Shown here one piece after another: positions 9,629 through 18,389 of a stretch of DNA of 64,000 bases. The DNA is from an uncultured Actinomycetes bacterium (GTDB taxonomy: Bacteria; Actinomycetota; UBA4738; HRBIN12): positions 1 to 64,000 of the forward strand of contig CAVPIB010000019.1 of assembly GCA_963704885.1 (NCBI GenBank), given 5' to 3'. How positions within the stretch are numbered: position 1 is the first letter of the stretch; every line of letters starts with the position of its first letter. A model generated the notes under the pieces. That model did no database searches and had not been told where the DNA came from. It was given only the letters and a program-made list of their open reading frames with translations. The position numbers were made by a program, and so were the translations under genes.

Positions 9629-10366
9629 CTACGCGATCCGTGTGATGAACACCCGCAGGACGGGCTCGTTCCAGCCGTGCACGGACGGAACCAGATCGAT
9701 GCCTCCCGAGATGCCGGGGTGCTGCTGGATGACGCCTCCCTCCAGAAGCAGGGGATCGCTGACACCCGTGCCCGGATCCACGCCGGTCACGCCGACGAGC
9801 CCCTGGCACGGCGGCACGATGTCACCGAAGTCTTCCGTGTTGACCTCGGTGCCGGCGTCGTATGCGACGGCGCTCCGGCGGACGGTGCTACCGAGGCCCT
9901 GCGGCAGCCTCACGTGGTTGATCCCCGTGAACCCGTCGTTCGTGCAGATCAGCATCGACGCGAGTGAGATGAATCGCGCTCCATCGGTGACGTCGAACTC
10001 GAACGTGGCGCGATAGTCTCCCGCCGCGGAACCGGGGAGTCCACTCGGCACGAGCGGCGCATCCCCAGCGACCACGTCGGCGACCGACGTCGCCTGCTGC
10101 AGGGACGAGACGAGGCTGGGTACGTTGCCGTTCTCGGCCACCTGCATGATCCCCACGCTCGCCAGGTCGCCCGCGCGGAATAGGTTGAAGTTCCAGCTGT
10201 GCGTAGCGATCACCGGAGGTGTGAACGGCTGACCATGAGTGAGGTTGACGATGGTCACCTTGTACCGAGGTGTACCCCCAGCTTGTGCGGTTCCTGCGAG
10301 CAGACCGATACCCAAGACGGCCGTGGAAACCATCGCGACAGCCAAGAGGCTTCGCCTTCTACGCAT
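9629..10366 (-). CDS. secreted spondin_N domain protein
   Basis: Signal peptide, NLTHGQPFTPP, AENG, SMLICTNDGF, YDAGTE. GGGAGG RBS. Confidence 0.82.
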   Translation of the reverse strand: MRRRRSLLAVAMVSTAVLGIGLLAGTAQAGGTPRYKVTIVNLTHGQPFTPPVIATHSWNFNLFRAGDLASVGIMQVAENGNVPSLVSSLQQATSVADVVAGDAPLVPSGLPGSAAGDYRATFEFDVTDGARFISLASMLICTNDGFTGINHVRLPQGLGSTVRRSAVAYDAGTEVNTEDFGDIVPPCQGLVGVTGVDPGTGVSDPLLLEGGVIQQHPGISGGIDLVPSVHGWNEPVLRVFITRIA

Positions 10367-10579
10367 GTGCGTCCTCCCTTGCTCGGGGGCGGCGACGGGG
10401 TGTTACCGCCCGGTTCGAGCACCGTAGGAGGGAGCGAGTTGCGGAACGCTTGTGGAATGCTGACCAGGCTCGAAACTCTCGGTGAGTCCTCGCTTGATCC
10501 TGGGTCCGAGGGCGGGGATGGACCGTGGTCGTGACCACGACCGGCGCGGTTCGGCGCTGCGTCGTGGGCCTGTGCGTCG

Positions 10580-10653
10580 TGGGCCCCCGGGGACTTGAAC
10601 CCCGAACCTGCGGATTAAGAGTCCGTTGCTCTGCCAGATTGAGCTAGAGGCCC
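10580..10653 (-). tRNA. tRNA-Lys(CUU)
   Basis: GGGCCTCTAGCTCAA..., anticodon arm CGGA-CTCTTAA-TCCG, GTTCAAGTC. Confidence 0.95.
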
Positions 10654-10683
10654 GCCGCAGTCTAGCAACGGCGAACCGTTCGT

Positions 10684-10761
10684 TGGGGTGACCGAGGGGA
10701 CTTGAACCCCCAGCCTCCAGGACCACAACCTGGCGCTCTAACCACTTGAGCTACGGCCACC
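10684..10761 (-). tRNA. tRNA-His(GUG)
   Basis: G-1 present, CCAGG-TTGTGGT-CCTGG anticodon arm, encoded CCA end. Confidence 0.95.
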
Positions 10762-10810
10762 ACGTGTCGGTTCCACGATACCAATGGGCGTAGGCAGGGG
10801 TCCCGGATCG

Positions 10811-12796
10811 TCACTCGCTGTGACGAGCGATCCGGTCGAGACGGTCGTCGTAGAGGCCGTTCGCTTGGGCGACCCGCTCGGTCAACTCCGGGAGCAGAGC
10901 GTGCCACCGCTGGACATACGTCGCTTGTGAATCCCACGGCTCCAGGTCCTCTGAAGGGTCCGGATCGGAAGCCAGCAGCTCCGCCATCCGCAGCCTGAGC
11001 CGCTCGACGATGGCCTCGGCCGACACGGCGTGCCAAGTGCCCCCATCCACCGGCAGGTACACCGCGGCCGTATGGGCGAACGTGCCCGGCCGGCCGGTCG
11101 CACGCGCGGCCACCCAGCACCCTTCCTCGACCACCAGCGGGTGCTCTAGCTCGGCCGTCCCGTCGGATCCCACGCTCCCTGTCGCTACGACCTCTCCGTG
11201 GACGATCAGCTCCAGTCGATCGATGGGGCCTAGATCCGGGCTCTGGGCGGCGGTCGCGCGCACCGTCGCGATGCTGCCGGGTGTCACCGGAACCTCGTCG
11301 CCGATCCCCGCCTCTTTGACCTGAAGCGTGAGCATCGGACCGTTCGTGACGAAGGTCCGGCCAGCGCGCAGGCCCTCGAACCATCGATCCGCCGTCAGCC
11401 CTCCGGGGACGTGGACCATGTTCCGCACGGAGCCGACCATGTCTATGTAGGGCCAGTCCGAGCCGGCGACCGGTACCAGCCGGTATCCAAGGTTCAGGAA
11501 GTCGTACCACTGGTCGGTGTGCAGGGTTCCCGCCTGCAACACCTCGACCAGGTCGACCAGTCCGAACGGAACGTCCAGCGCCAGCCCCGCGTCGTCGGAG
11601 AACCATCCGCTGTCCACGTGCGCGTAACCGGTCAGCGCCCCACCTTTCCGCAGCCGTTCGAACGTCTCGTGGTAGAGGAAGTAGCGTTCCGGATCCCTGA
11701 TGGGCTTGGCCACGTTCAGGTGCAGCGTGTGTCCTCGGCGACCTGTCCGCGGATCCTCCTGACCGCTCACCAGGTGGAAGTCCCCGCTGCTGGCACGACC
11801 CTCGGGCCCGAACGCTGCTTGCTCGAAGTACGGCGAACCGATGTTTCCCATCTGCAGCATGTTCGCCACGTGGATGTCCTCCGCGTTGGCCACCACGAGG
11901 ATCGAGTCGTCCGCGTCCGGATCCCGCGCCATATGGATGTGTGCATCGCCCGAGTACCAGCCGTTCGTCGGGAGGTCGGTCCAGCGCTCCAGGTCGAGCT
12001 CTTCACGACAGGTTTCGCCCGGCTCCACCGTGAGGCTCCGCTGCACCCATCGGTATTCAGGGCCTTTCGTCAGGACCAGGTCGTACGTGCCGGGCGGCAC
12101 ATCGACGCGATAGGAGCCGTCGACCACCATGGCCCACCGGTTGTCGTGGGGCCAGATCTCGCGCAGACCTTCGCTTCCGGATTCCTCCGCCGAGATGGAA
12201 CGCAGAGGCAGGTGGCGGATCCGGTCGCCGTAGCGCAGGACCTCTATGGCATCCTCGCTCGGCAGCACCTCGCGGCCGCCGGCCTCGTACAGGCCGGCGC
12301 GCGCGGCGGTCGGAGCGCCCTTCTCGTCTCGGACCGAGAACTCGATCGCAGCGCTGGCGTAGGCTCCGGCGGTTGCGCTCAGCACGCGTACTCCCGCGGA
12401 GGCGATCACCAGAGATGCAGGATCGTCAGGGGTTCCGCTGAAGTCCGCGGCGGGGGCTCCCAACAAGACGTCGCACCCGCGAGGTCCCCGGCCGGCGAAC
12501 CGCGCTCGCTCCATCTTGATCGTCACCGGCGCCCATCGGTCCTCTCCGGCGGGAACGTCGATCCTCCTCTTGTTCTCCGGTGTGAGGTTGGCGTCGTAGC
12601 CGACCAAGAGCGAGGGCGTGGCCTTCCGGTCGACCACCAGCTCCAGCTCGATCTCGGCATCGGCGTCGAAGACCAAGTCGACGTCCAAGGCCATGAATCC
12701 CCCGACCAAACAGGGTCGTCCATCGACGGTCCGGACGTGTGTCGTCTCGCCGGTCCAGCCGAAGAAGCCGAAAGCGTCGCCGAAGAGCATCCCCAC
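10811..12796 (-). CDS. CehA/McbA-family (PHP-like) metallohydrolase
   Basis: WYSGDAHIH, GQED, GH, YAH, AGSDWP, GRTFVTNGP, FAHT. Frame is open upstream to about 12964, so the start is uncertain. Confidence 0.8.
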   Translation of the reverse strand: MGMLFGDAFGFFGWTGETTHVRTVDGRPCLVGGFMALDVDLVFDADAEIELELVVDRKATPSLLVGYDANLTPENKRRIDVPAGEDRWAPVTIKMERARFAGRGPRGCDVLLGAPAADFSGTPDDPASLVIASAGVRVLSATAGAYASAAIEFSVRDEKGAPTAARAGLYEAGGREVLPSEDAIEVLRYGDRIRHLPLRSISAEESGSEGLREIWPHDNRWAMVVDGSYRVDVPPGTYDLVLTKGPEYRWVQRSLTVEPGETCREELDLERWTDLPTNGWYSGDAHIHMARDPDADDSILVVANAEDIHVANMLQMGNIGSPYFEQAAFGPEGRASSGDFHLVSGQEDPRTGRRGHTLHLNVAKPIRDPERYFLYHETFERLRKGGALTGYAHVDSGWFSDDAGLALDVPFGLVDLVEVLQAGTLHTDQWYDFLNLGYRLVPVAGSDWPYIDMVGSVRNMVHVPGGLTADRWFEGLRAGRTFVTNGPMLTLQVKEAGIGDEVPVTPGSIATVRATAAQSPDLGPIDRLELIVHGEVVATGSVGSDGTAELEHPLVVEEGCWVAARATGRPGTFAHTAAVYLPVDGGTWHAVSAEAIVERLRLRMAELLASDPDPSEDLEPWDSQATYVQRWHALLPELTERVAQANGLYDDRLDRIARHSE

Positions 12797-13086
12797 GACG
12801 CGGGAGATGCCCGGCGCCCGCCAGTCGACCGTGTGGAACGCCTGGGGATCGTGCTCGATGTGGCCGAACGGGGCTGTCAGGTCAACCTCCGATATCGCGA
12901 TACCGGCCCGAAGCGTACGCGCGCGCCCCGTGTGCCGAAGCAGCGCTACTGAATGGCGTTCAGGTCATGCGCTTCCCAGCCCCCGTGGACCTGCGGTATC
13001 ATCCCGATAGATTTGAATCGCCGTTCAATCACGTCTTGCGAGTGGGCTCGCGGGGAGCGGCGTTCGTCGCGAGGAGGCGGAACCCC

Positions 13087-14463
13087 ATGGTCGTCAGACA
13101 GACGATCGACATCGACCTCGATCTGATAGATCGGCTGATCGAGCAGGAGGAAGCGAAGCTCGAACCGAAACATCGGGCATCGATCGCGTACGGCGCGGTC
13201 GCCAAGCGAACGGTCGCAGGCGGCGTGGCATCCAGCTGGCAGGCCGCGCCGCCGCACGCGATCTACGTCGACCACGGGGTGGGCAACCGCCTCTGGGACA
13301 TCGACGGCAACGAGTACCTCGACTTCCACCTGGGATACGGCGCCATGGTTGCCGGCCACGCCCACCCCAAGATCGTCGAGGCCATCCAGCGTCAGGCCGC
13401 GCGTGGTACGCACTTCGCGCAGCCGACCAAGGATCTGGGCGCAGTGGGGGAGAACCTGGTCGACAGGTTCGGCGTGCCTCTTTGGCGGTTCTGCAACTCA
13501 GGCACCGAGGCCACGCTCGAGGCGGCGCGTCTGATGCGCGCGAACACCGGGCGCGAGATGATCATCAAGATCGAGGGCAGCTACCACGGTCACCACGACT
13601 CGCTGATGTTCTCCGTGGTGCCCGACCCGGAGAAGATCGGTCCGCGCGAGCATCCGAACACCGTGCCGCAGGCGCTCGGCATCCCGAAGGCGCTGAAGGA
13701 TCTGGTGCGCGTTGTGCCGTTCAACGACCTCGACGCCGTTCGTGTCGCTCTTCAGGAGAACGAGGGCAAGGTGGCCGGCATGATCATCGAGCCGGCCATG
13801 ATGAACTGCGGCGTGATACTGCCCGAACCCGGCTACCTGCAGGGACTCAAAGATCTGGTGCACGCCCACGGCGCGTACCTGGCGTTCGACGAGGTCAAGA
13901 CCGGCGCCACCATCGCCTACGGCGGTGCCGTTGAGGCATTCGGTGTGACGCCCGACATCGTGTGCCTGGCGAAGGCGATCGGTGGAGGGACGCCCTGCGG
14001 CGCCATCGGCGCCACGCGCGAGCTATACCGTCCGGTGCTCGAGGACGAGTACGACATGGCCGGAACGTTCAACGGCAACCCGCTAACCATGGCCGCGTCT
14101 CGGGCCGCGCTCACAGAGGTGCTGACCCGTGATGCCTACGACCACTTCAACGCGATCCACAAGGTGCTGGACGATGGCTGCTCGTCCGTGATCGAGAAGT
14201 ACGCGTTGCCCGCCCACGTCTCGGGCATCGGTGCGAAGGGCTCCGTGATCTACAGCTCGACCCCCGTCCACGAGTACCGAGATGCGGTCGGGATCGACGA
14301 GCGCATCACCTACATCGCGTGGCTCTTCCAGCAGAACCGCGGTGTGTTCAAGTCCCCGTGGTCCAAGCAGGAGACCTGGACCACATCGGTCTTCCACACC
14401 GACGAGGACGCGAAGCGCTACGTGGACAACTTCGAGGAACTGGCCTCCGCGCTCGCGTCGTAG
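13087..14463 (+). CDS. class III aminotransferase (GSA-mutase-like), paralog 1
   Basis: DIDGNEYLDF, NSGTEA, YHGHHD, FDEVKTG, AKAIGGG, GTFNGNP. Confidence 0.88.
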   Translation: MVVRQTIDIDLDLIDRLIEQEEAKLEPKHRASIAYGAVAKRTVAGGVASSWQAAPPHAIYVDHGVGNRLWDIDGNEYLDFHLGYGAMVAGHAHPKIVEAIQRQAARGTHFAQPTKDLGAVGENLVDRFGVPLWRFCNSGTEATLEAARLMRANTGREMIIKIEGSYHGHHDSLMFSVVPDPEKIGPREHPNTVPQALGIPKALKDLVRVVPFNDLDAVRVALQENEGKVAGMIIEPAMMNCGVILPEPGYLQGLKDLVHAHGAYLAFDEVKTGATIAYGGAVEAFGVTPDIVCLAKAIGGGTPCGAIGATRELYRPVLEDEYDMAGTFNGNPLTMAASRAALTEVLTRDAYDHFNAIHKVLDDGCSSVIEKYALPAHVSGIGAKGSVIYSSTPVHEYRDAVGIDERITYIAWLFQQNRGVFKSPWSKQETWTTSVFHTDEDAKRYVDNFEELASALAS

Positions 14464-14552
14464 GCTTCTCACGGCCACCTGTCGCTCGCGCTAGCCTCGT
14501 TCGGAGAGCTGCTGAACGACCTGATCGCGATAGCGGAGCACTGAGGAGGAAC

Positions 14553-15947
14553 GTGGACACCGACACCAGCAGGACCGCGGCGGAACTGGATCTGGCGTTG
14601 ATCGACGAGCTGATAGGTCGCGAGGAGGCCGCGCTCGCGGAGAAGCAGCCGCGTTCGGTCGCGTATCAGCAGGAGGCGAAGCATCGTCTTCCCGGCGGCG
14701 TCTCCTCGTCGTGGCAGACGGCGCCGCCACACCCCATCTACATCGATCGTGGCAAGGGTTCGCGGGTCTGGGACATCGACGGCAACGAGTTCGTCGACTT
14801 CCACAACGGCTACGGCGCCATGGCGGTGGGTCACGCCCACCCGAAGGTCGTGGAGGCCGTGCAGCGCCGGATCGAGTTGGGCTCACACTTCGCGCAACCC
14901 ACCGAGGACGCGCTGATCGTGGCCGAAGACTTGGCCGCGCGCACCGGGTTGCCCCTGTGGCGGTTCGGCAACTCCGGGACCGAGGCCACGCTCGACGCAA
15001 CGCGGCTGATGCGTGCCGCGACGGGCCGAGATCTCCTGCTGAAGATCGAGGGCACGTACCACGGACACCACGACTCGCTCATGGTCTCGGTCTTCCCCGA
15101 CCCCTCGAACATGGGGCCGCGGGAGCATCCGAACTCCGTCGCGCAGACCCCCGGCCTTCCGCAGTCCTACGTCGACCTGACCTTGGTCGTTCCGTTCAAC
15201 GACGTCGCTGCCGTGGAGCGGGTCTTCGCGGAGCATCCCGACGCGATCGCGGGCATGATCGTCGAGCCCTGCATGACCAACGTCGGCCTGCTGCTTCCCG
15301 AGCCCGGCTACCTGGCCGCGATCAAGGACATCTGTCATCGCAACGGTGCGATCTTCGCGTTCGATGAGGTGAAGACCGGCTGCACTCTGGCCTGGGGCGG
15401 GGCGATCGAGGCGTTCGGCGTGACGCCTGATATCGCGTGCTTCGCGAAGTCGATAGGTGGCGGTCTGCCTTGCGGTGCGATCGGCGGCGTCCCCGAGATC
15501 ATGGATCTCGTCGAACGCGGCAGGGTCGATCAGGTCGGAACGTTCAACGGCAACCCGCTCACCATGGCTGCCAGCCGTGCGGCGCTCACCGAGGTGCTGA
15601 CCAAGGACGCTTACGCGCACTTCGATGCACTCAACGCGGTGTTTACGGAGGGCGTGAACGGCGTGATCACCGAGTACCGGTTGCCCGCCGATCTGGAGAC
15701 GTTGGGCGCCAAGGGATCGATCACCTGGCGGAGCGAGCCGCTGCATGACTACCGCGACGGACTCGAGGTAGCCGACCAGCCCAGCTACCTCTCGTACCTC
15801 TGGCAGCTGAACCGCGGGGTGTTCAAGTCGCCGTGGGCCAAGTGGGAGAGTTGGACGACATCCGTGGCGCACACCGAAGAAGACGCTCGGCGCTACGTGG
15901 AGAACTTCGCGAGCTTCGCCGAAGCGATAACGACAAACCTGAGGTAG
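14553..15947 (+). CDS. class III aminotransferase (GSA-mutase-like), paralog 2
   Basis: Same motif set as paralog 1. GAGGAGG RBS before the GTG. Confidence 0.88.
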   Translation: MDTDTSRTAAELDLALIDELIGREEAALAEKQPRSVAYQQEAKHRLPGGVSSSWQTAPPHPIYIDRGKGSRVWDIDGNEFVDFHNGYGAMAVGHAHPKVVEAVQRRIELGSHFAQPTEDALIVAEDLAARTGLPLWRFGNSGTEATLDATRLMRAATGRDLLLKIEGTYHGHHDSLMVSVFPDPSNMGPREHPNSVAQTPGLPQSYVDLTLVVPFNDVAAVERVFAEHPDAIAGMIVEPCMTNVGLLLPEPGYLAAIKDICHRNGAIFAFDEVKTGCTLAWGGAIEAFGVTPDIACFAKSIGGGLPCGAIGGVPEIMDLVERGRVDQVGTFNGNPLTMAASRAALTEVLTKDAYAHFDALNAVFTEGVNGVITEYRLPADLETLGAKGSITWRSEPLHDYRDGLEVADQPSYLSYLWQLNRGVFKSPWAKWESWTTSVAHTEEDARRYVENFASFAEAITTNLR

Positions 15948-16019
15948 CGGGCCGCGTGCAAACGGGCATCCCATGCGTCAGCATGTCCGCCTGACGTCCC
16001 GAGGCGCGGAAGGAGACAG

Positions 16020-17270
16020 GTGCCCGACCATCCCGAGCCCACGCCGGGCGACGCGCCGAACGCGGAGCTCCCGACCTGGATGAAGCCGCTCCTGCGGCAG
16101 CTGACGGTCCGTGGGATCTTGGTGATCGTCGTCGGCTCCTTGGGTGTGCTCCTCATCTCGGCGCTGCTCGGCCAGCTGACCGACTTCTTCGCGATCGTGC
16201 TCACGGCGTTCTTCCTGTCGTTCGCGCTGGAGCCCGGCGTCAATTGGTTCGCGTCGAGAGGCTGGAGACGAGGCTCGGCGACCGGCGTGATCTTCTTGAT
16301 CGTGTTCTTAGCAGGGATCGGGCTTGTCGCCCTGATCATCCCCGCGGTGGTGAGCGGAGCGAAACAGCTGATCACGGCGGCTCCCGAGCTGGTCAGCAAA
16401 CTCGTGAAGTGGGCCAACGACCTGGGATGGCACATCTCCGCCGAGAACCTCACGGAGCAGATCCAGCGGAACGCCAACGACCTGGTGTCATCCGCGACGG
16501 ATCTGGCCGGCAACATGTTCGGGATCGCCGCGTCGATCCTGGGAGGCATCTTCCGGTGGGCCACCGTCGCCCTGTTCACTTTCTACATCGTGGCCGAGGG
16601 TCCCAAGCTTCGGCGGATCGTCTGCGGCGCTCTGCCTCCCAAGCGCCAGCAGCACGTGCTGTTCGTGTGGGACCAGGCCATCGAGAAGACCGGGGGGTAC
16701 TTCTACTCCCGGCTCCTCCTTTCGGTCATCAACGGCGCGGGGATGTACATCACCCTTCGGGCGTTCCAGGTTCCGTTCGCGGCGCCTCTCGCCATCTTCG
16801 AAGGTGTGGTAGCGGCGTTCGTCCCGATCGTGGGCACGTACATAGCCGGCGCCGTCCCGACCCTGGTCGCCGTGTTGACCTCGTGGCCCGCGGGTATCGC
16901 GTCGATCGCTTACGTCGTCATCTACCAGCAGCTCGAGAACTACTTCCTCAGTCCGCGCCTGACGGCCAAGACCATGTCGCTGCACCCGGCCGTGGCCTTC
17001 GCGGCGGCGTTGATCGGCGGCGCGGTCGGCGGACTGTTGGCGGCGTTCCTGGCCCTGCCTGTGGCGGCGGTGATCCAGGCAGCCGTGCAGGAGTGGGGCA
17101 AGAGCTACGCGGTCGTGCAATCCGAACTGACCAGCGATGACCCCTCCGCCCAGGGAAGAAAAGCAGGGCCGGGCAGCAAGGGTACGCGACAGTCTCAACC
17201 GTCACGACAAGGACGTCGGTACCGACGCGTGAACCGATGGCCCTTCGCACCTGACCTCAGGTCACTGTGA
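16020..17270 (+). CDS. AI-2E (PerM) family transporter
   Basis: Multi-TM, FVPIVGT, YQQLENYFLSP, SLHP, LALPVAA. Confidence 0.88.
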   Translation: MPDHPEPTPGDAPNAELPTWMKPLLRQLTVRGILVIVVGSLGVLLISALLGQLTDFFAIVLTAFFLSFALEPGVNWFASRGWRRGSATGVIFLIVFLAGIGLVALIIPAVVSGAKQLITAAPELVSKLVKWANDLGWHISAENLTEQIQRNANDLVSSATDLAGNMFGIAASILGGIFRWATVALFTFYIVAEGPKLRRIVCGALPPKRQQHVLFVWDQAIEKTGGYFYSRLLLSVINGAGMYITLRAFQVPFAAPLAIFEGVVAAFVPIVGTYIAGAVPTLVAVLTSWPAGIASIAYVVIYQQLENYFLSPRLTAKTMSLHPAVAFAAALIGGAVGGLLAAFLALPVAAVIQAAVQEWGKSYAVVQSELTSDDPSAQGRKAGPGSKGTRQSQPSRQGRRYRRVNRWPFAPDLRSL

Positions 17271-17346
17271 TCTCCAAGGCTCTCTACGTGCGCCGTTACT
17301 ACACTCGGTGACCACTGCTCACATGCGGAAGGGACGGTGCACCAAC

Positions 17347-18342
17347 ATGTCGAAAGGCATCCTGGAACGGCTGGCGGAGGGCCCCGTCCTGGGCGACGGG
17401 GGCTACCTCCTGGAACTCGAGAAGCGTGGATACGTACAGGCGGGGCCGTTCACACCCGAGGTGGTGATCGAACATCCGGACGCGCTCGCTCAGCTGCACC
17501 GCGAGTTCCTGCGCGCGGGGGTGGACGTGCTGCAGACCATGACGTTCTATGCGAGCGACGACAAGCTGGCCACCGTCGGATTGGCGGGCAAGGTCGACGA
17601 CATCAACCGCAACGCTGTGCAGATCGCCCGCCAAGTAGCGAGTGAGGGAGATGCCCTGGTCGCCGGCAACCTCAGTCTCACTTGGGCCTACGACCCGGAT
17701 GATCCCGCCTCCGCCGGTCGTGTCCGCGAGTTGTTCGACCGGCAGTTGCAGGATCAGATCGATGCGGGTGGCGTCGACTTCTGGATCGGAGAGACCTTCT
17801 CCTATATAGGCGAGGCTTTGCTCTACATCGAACGCGCGAAGCTGACCGGGCTTCCTGTCATGGCCACCATGTCCTTCGAACAATCGATCCCGCGCTCCTA
17901 CGAGGGCGACACGCCGGCGGAGTGCGCGCGCAAGCTGGCCGACGCCGGAGCCGACATCGTGGGCGTCAACTGCCTGAACGCCCCCGAGCAGCAGTTGCCG
18001 ATCGCGATCGAGATGCGCGGCGCGGTTCCTGGATACGTTGCGGCGCAACCCGTTGGGTTCCGCACCTCCGCTGAGAAGCCGGACTTCACCGCCACGGATC
18101 ATTTCCCTTACACGTTGGATCCGCTGCAGCTCTCGCGCCACGAGATGGCCGAGTACGCTCGCGCGGCCGACCAGGCCGGCATCAACTACATCGGGTCATG
18201 CTGCGGTTCGGTCCAGGGGCACGTGCGCGCGATGGCCAAGGTGCTCGGCAAGCTTCCGACCGAAGAGCGGGAGTGGAAGTCCACGAGCGGCAAGGCGATG
18301 TCGGCGTACGAGTATCGCGAGCACGCCGAGACCGAGGTCTGA
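17347..18342 (+). CDS. homocysteine S-methyltransferase, BHMT-like
   Basis: GDGGY..ELEKRGYVQAGPFTPE...QLHREFLRAG...TFYA. Zinc ligands GVNC and GSCCG. Confidence 0.88.
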   Translation: MSKGILERLAEGPVLGDGGYLLELEKRGYVQAGPFTPEVVIEHPDALAQLHREFLRAGVDVLQTMTFYASDDKLATVGLAGKVDDINRNAVQIARQVASEGDALVAGNLSLTWAYDPDDPASAGRVRELFDRQLQDQIDAGGVDFWIGETFSYIGEALLYIERAKLTGLPVMATMSFEQSIPRSYEGDTPAECARKLADAGADIVGVNCLNAPEQQLPIAIEMRGAVPGYVAAQPVGFRTSAEKPDFTATDHFPYTLDPLQLSRHEMAEYARAADQAGINYIGSCCGSVQGHVRAMAKVLGKLPTEEREWKSTSGKAMSAYEYREHAETEV

Positions 18343-18389
18343 TTCGGCAGGAAGCCTTTCACCCTCAGGTCGTCCAGAAGGAGCTCCGC

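Noticed and set aside
11411-12952. 513-aa plus-strand ORF and many similar long antisense or alternate-frame ORFs (18038-19978, 45246-46454, 46975-48504, 56483-57763)
   Set aside because: Shadow ORFs expected in high-GC DNA. They overlap well-supported genes and carry no recognisable motifs.
12962-12970. Selenocysteine or stop read-through at the TGA bounding the CehA/McbA frame
   Set aside because: The TGA overlaps an out-of-frame ATG at the likely gene start and has no redox-motif context. An indel or a downstream start is simpler.
17200-17346. SAM or glycine riboswitch upstream of the BHMT-like gene
   Set aside because: No SAM-I, SAM-IV or glycine consensus is visible, and a -10-like TACACT near 17300 leaves only a short leader.
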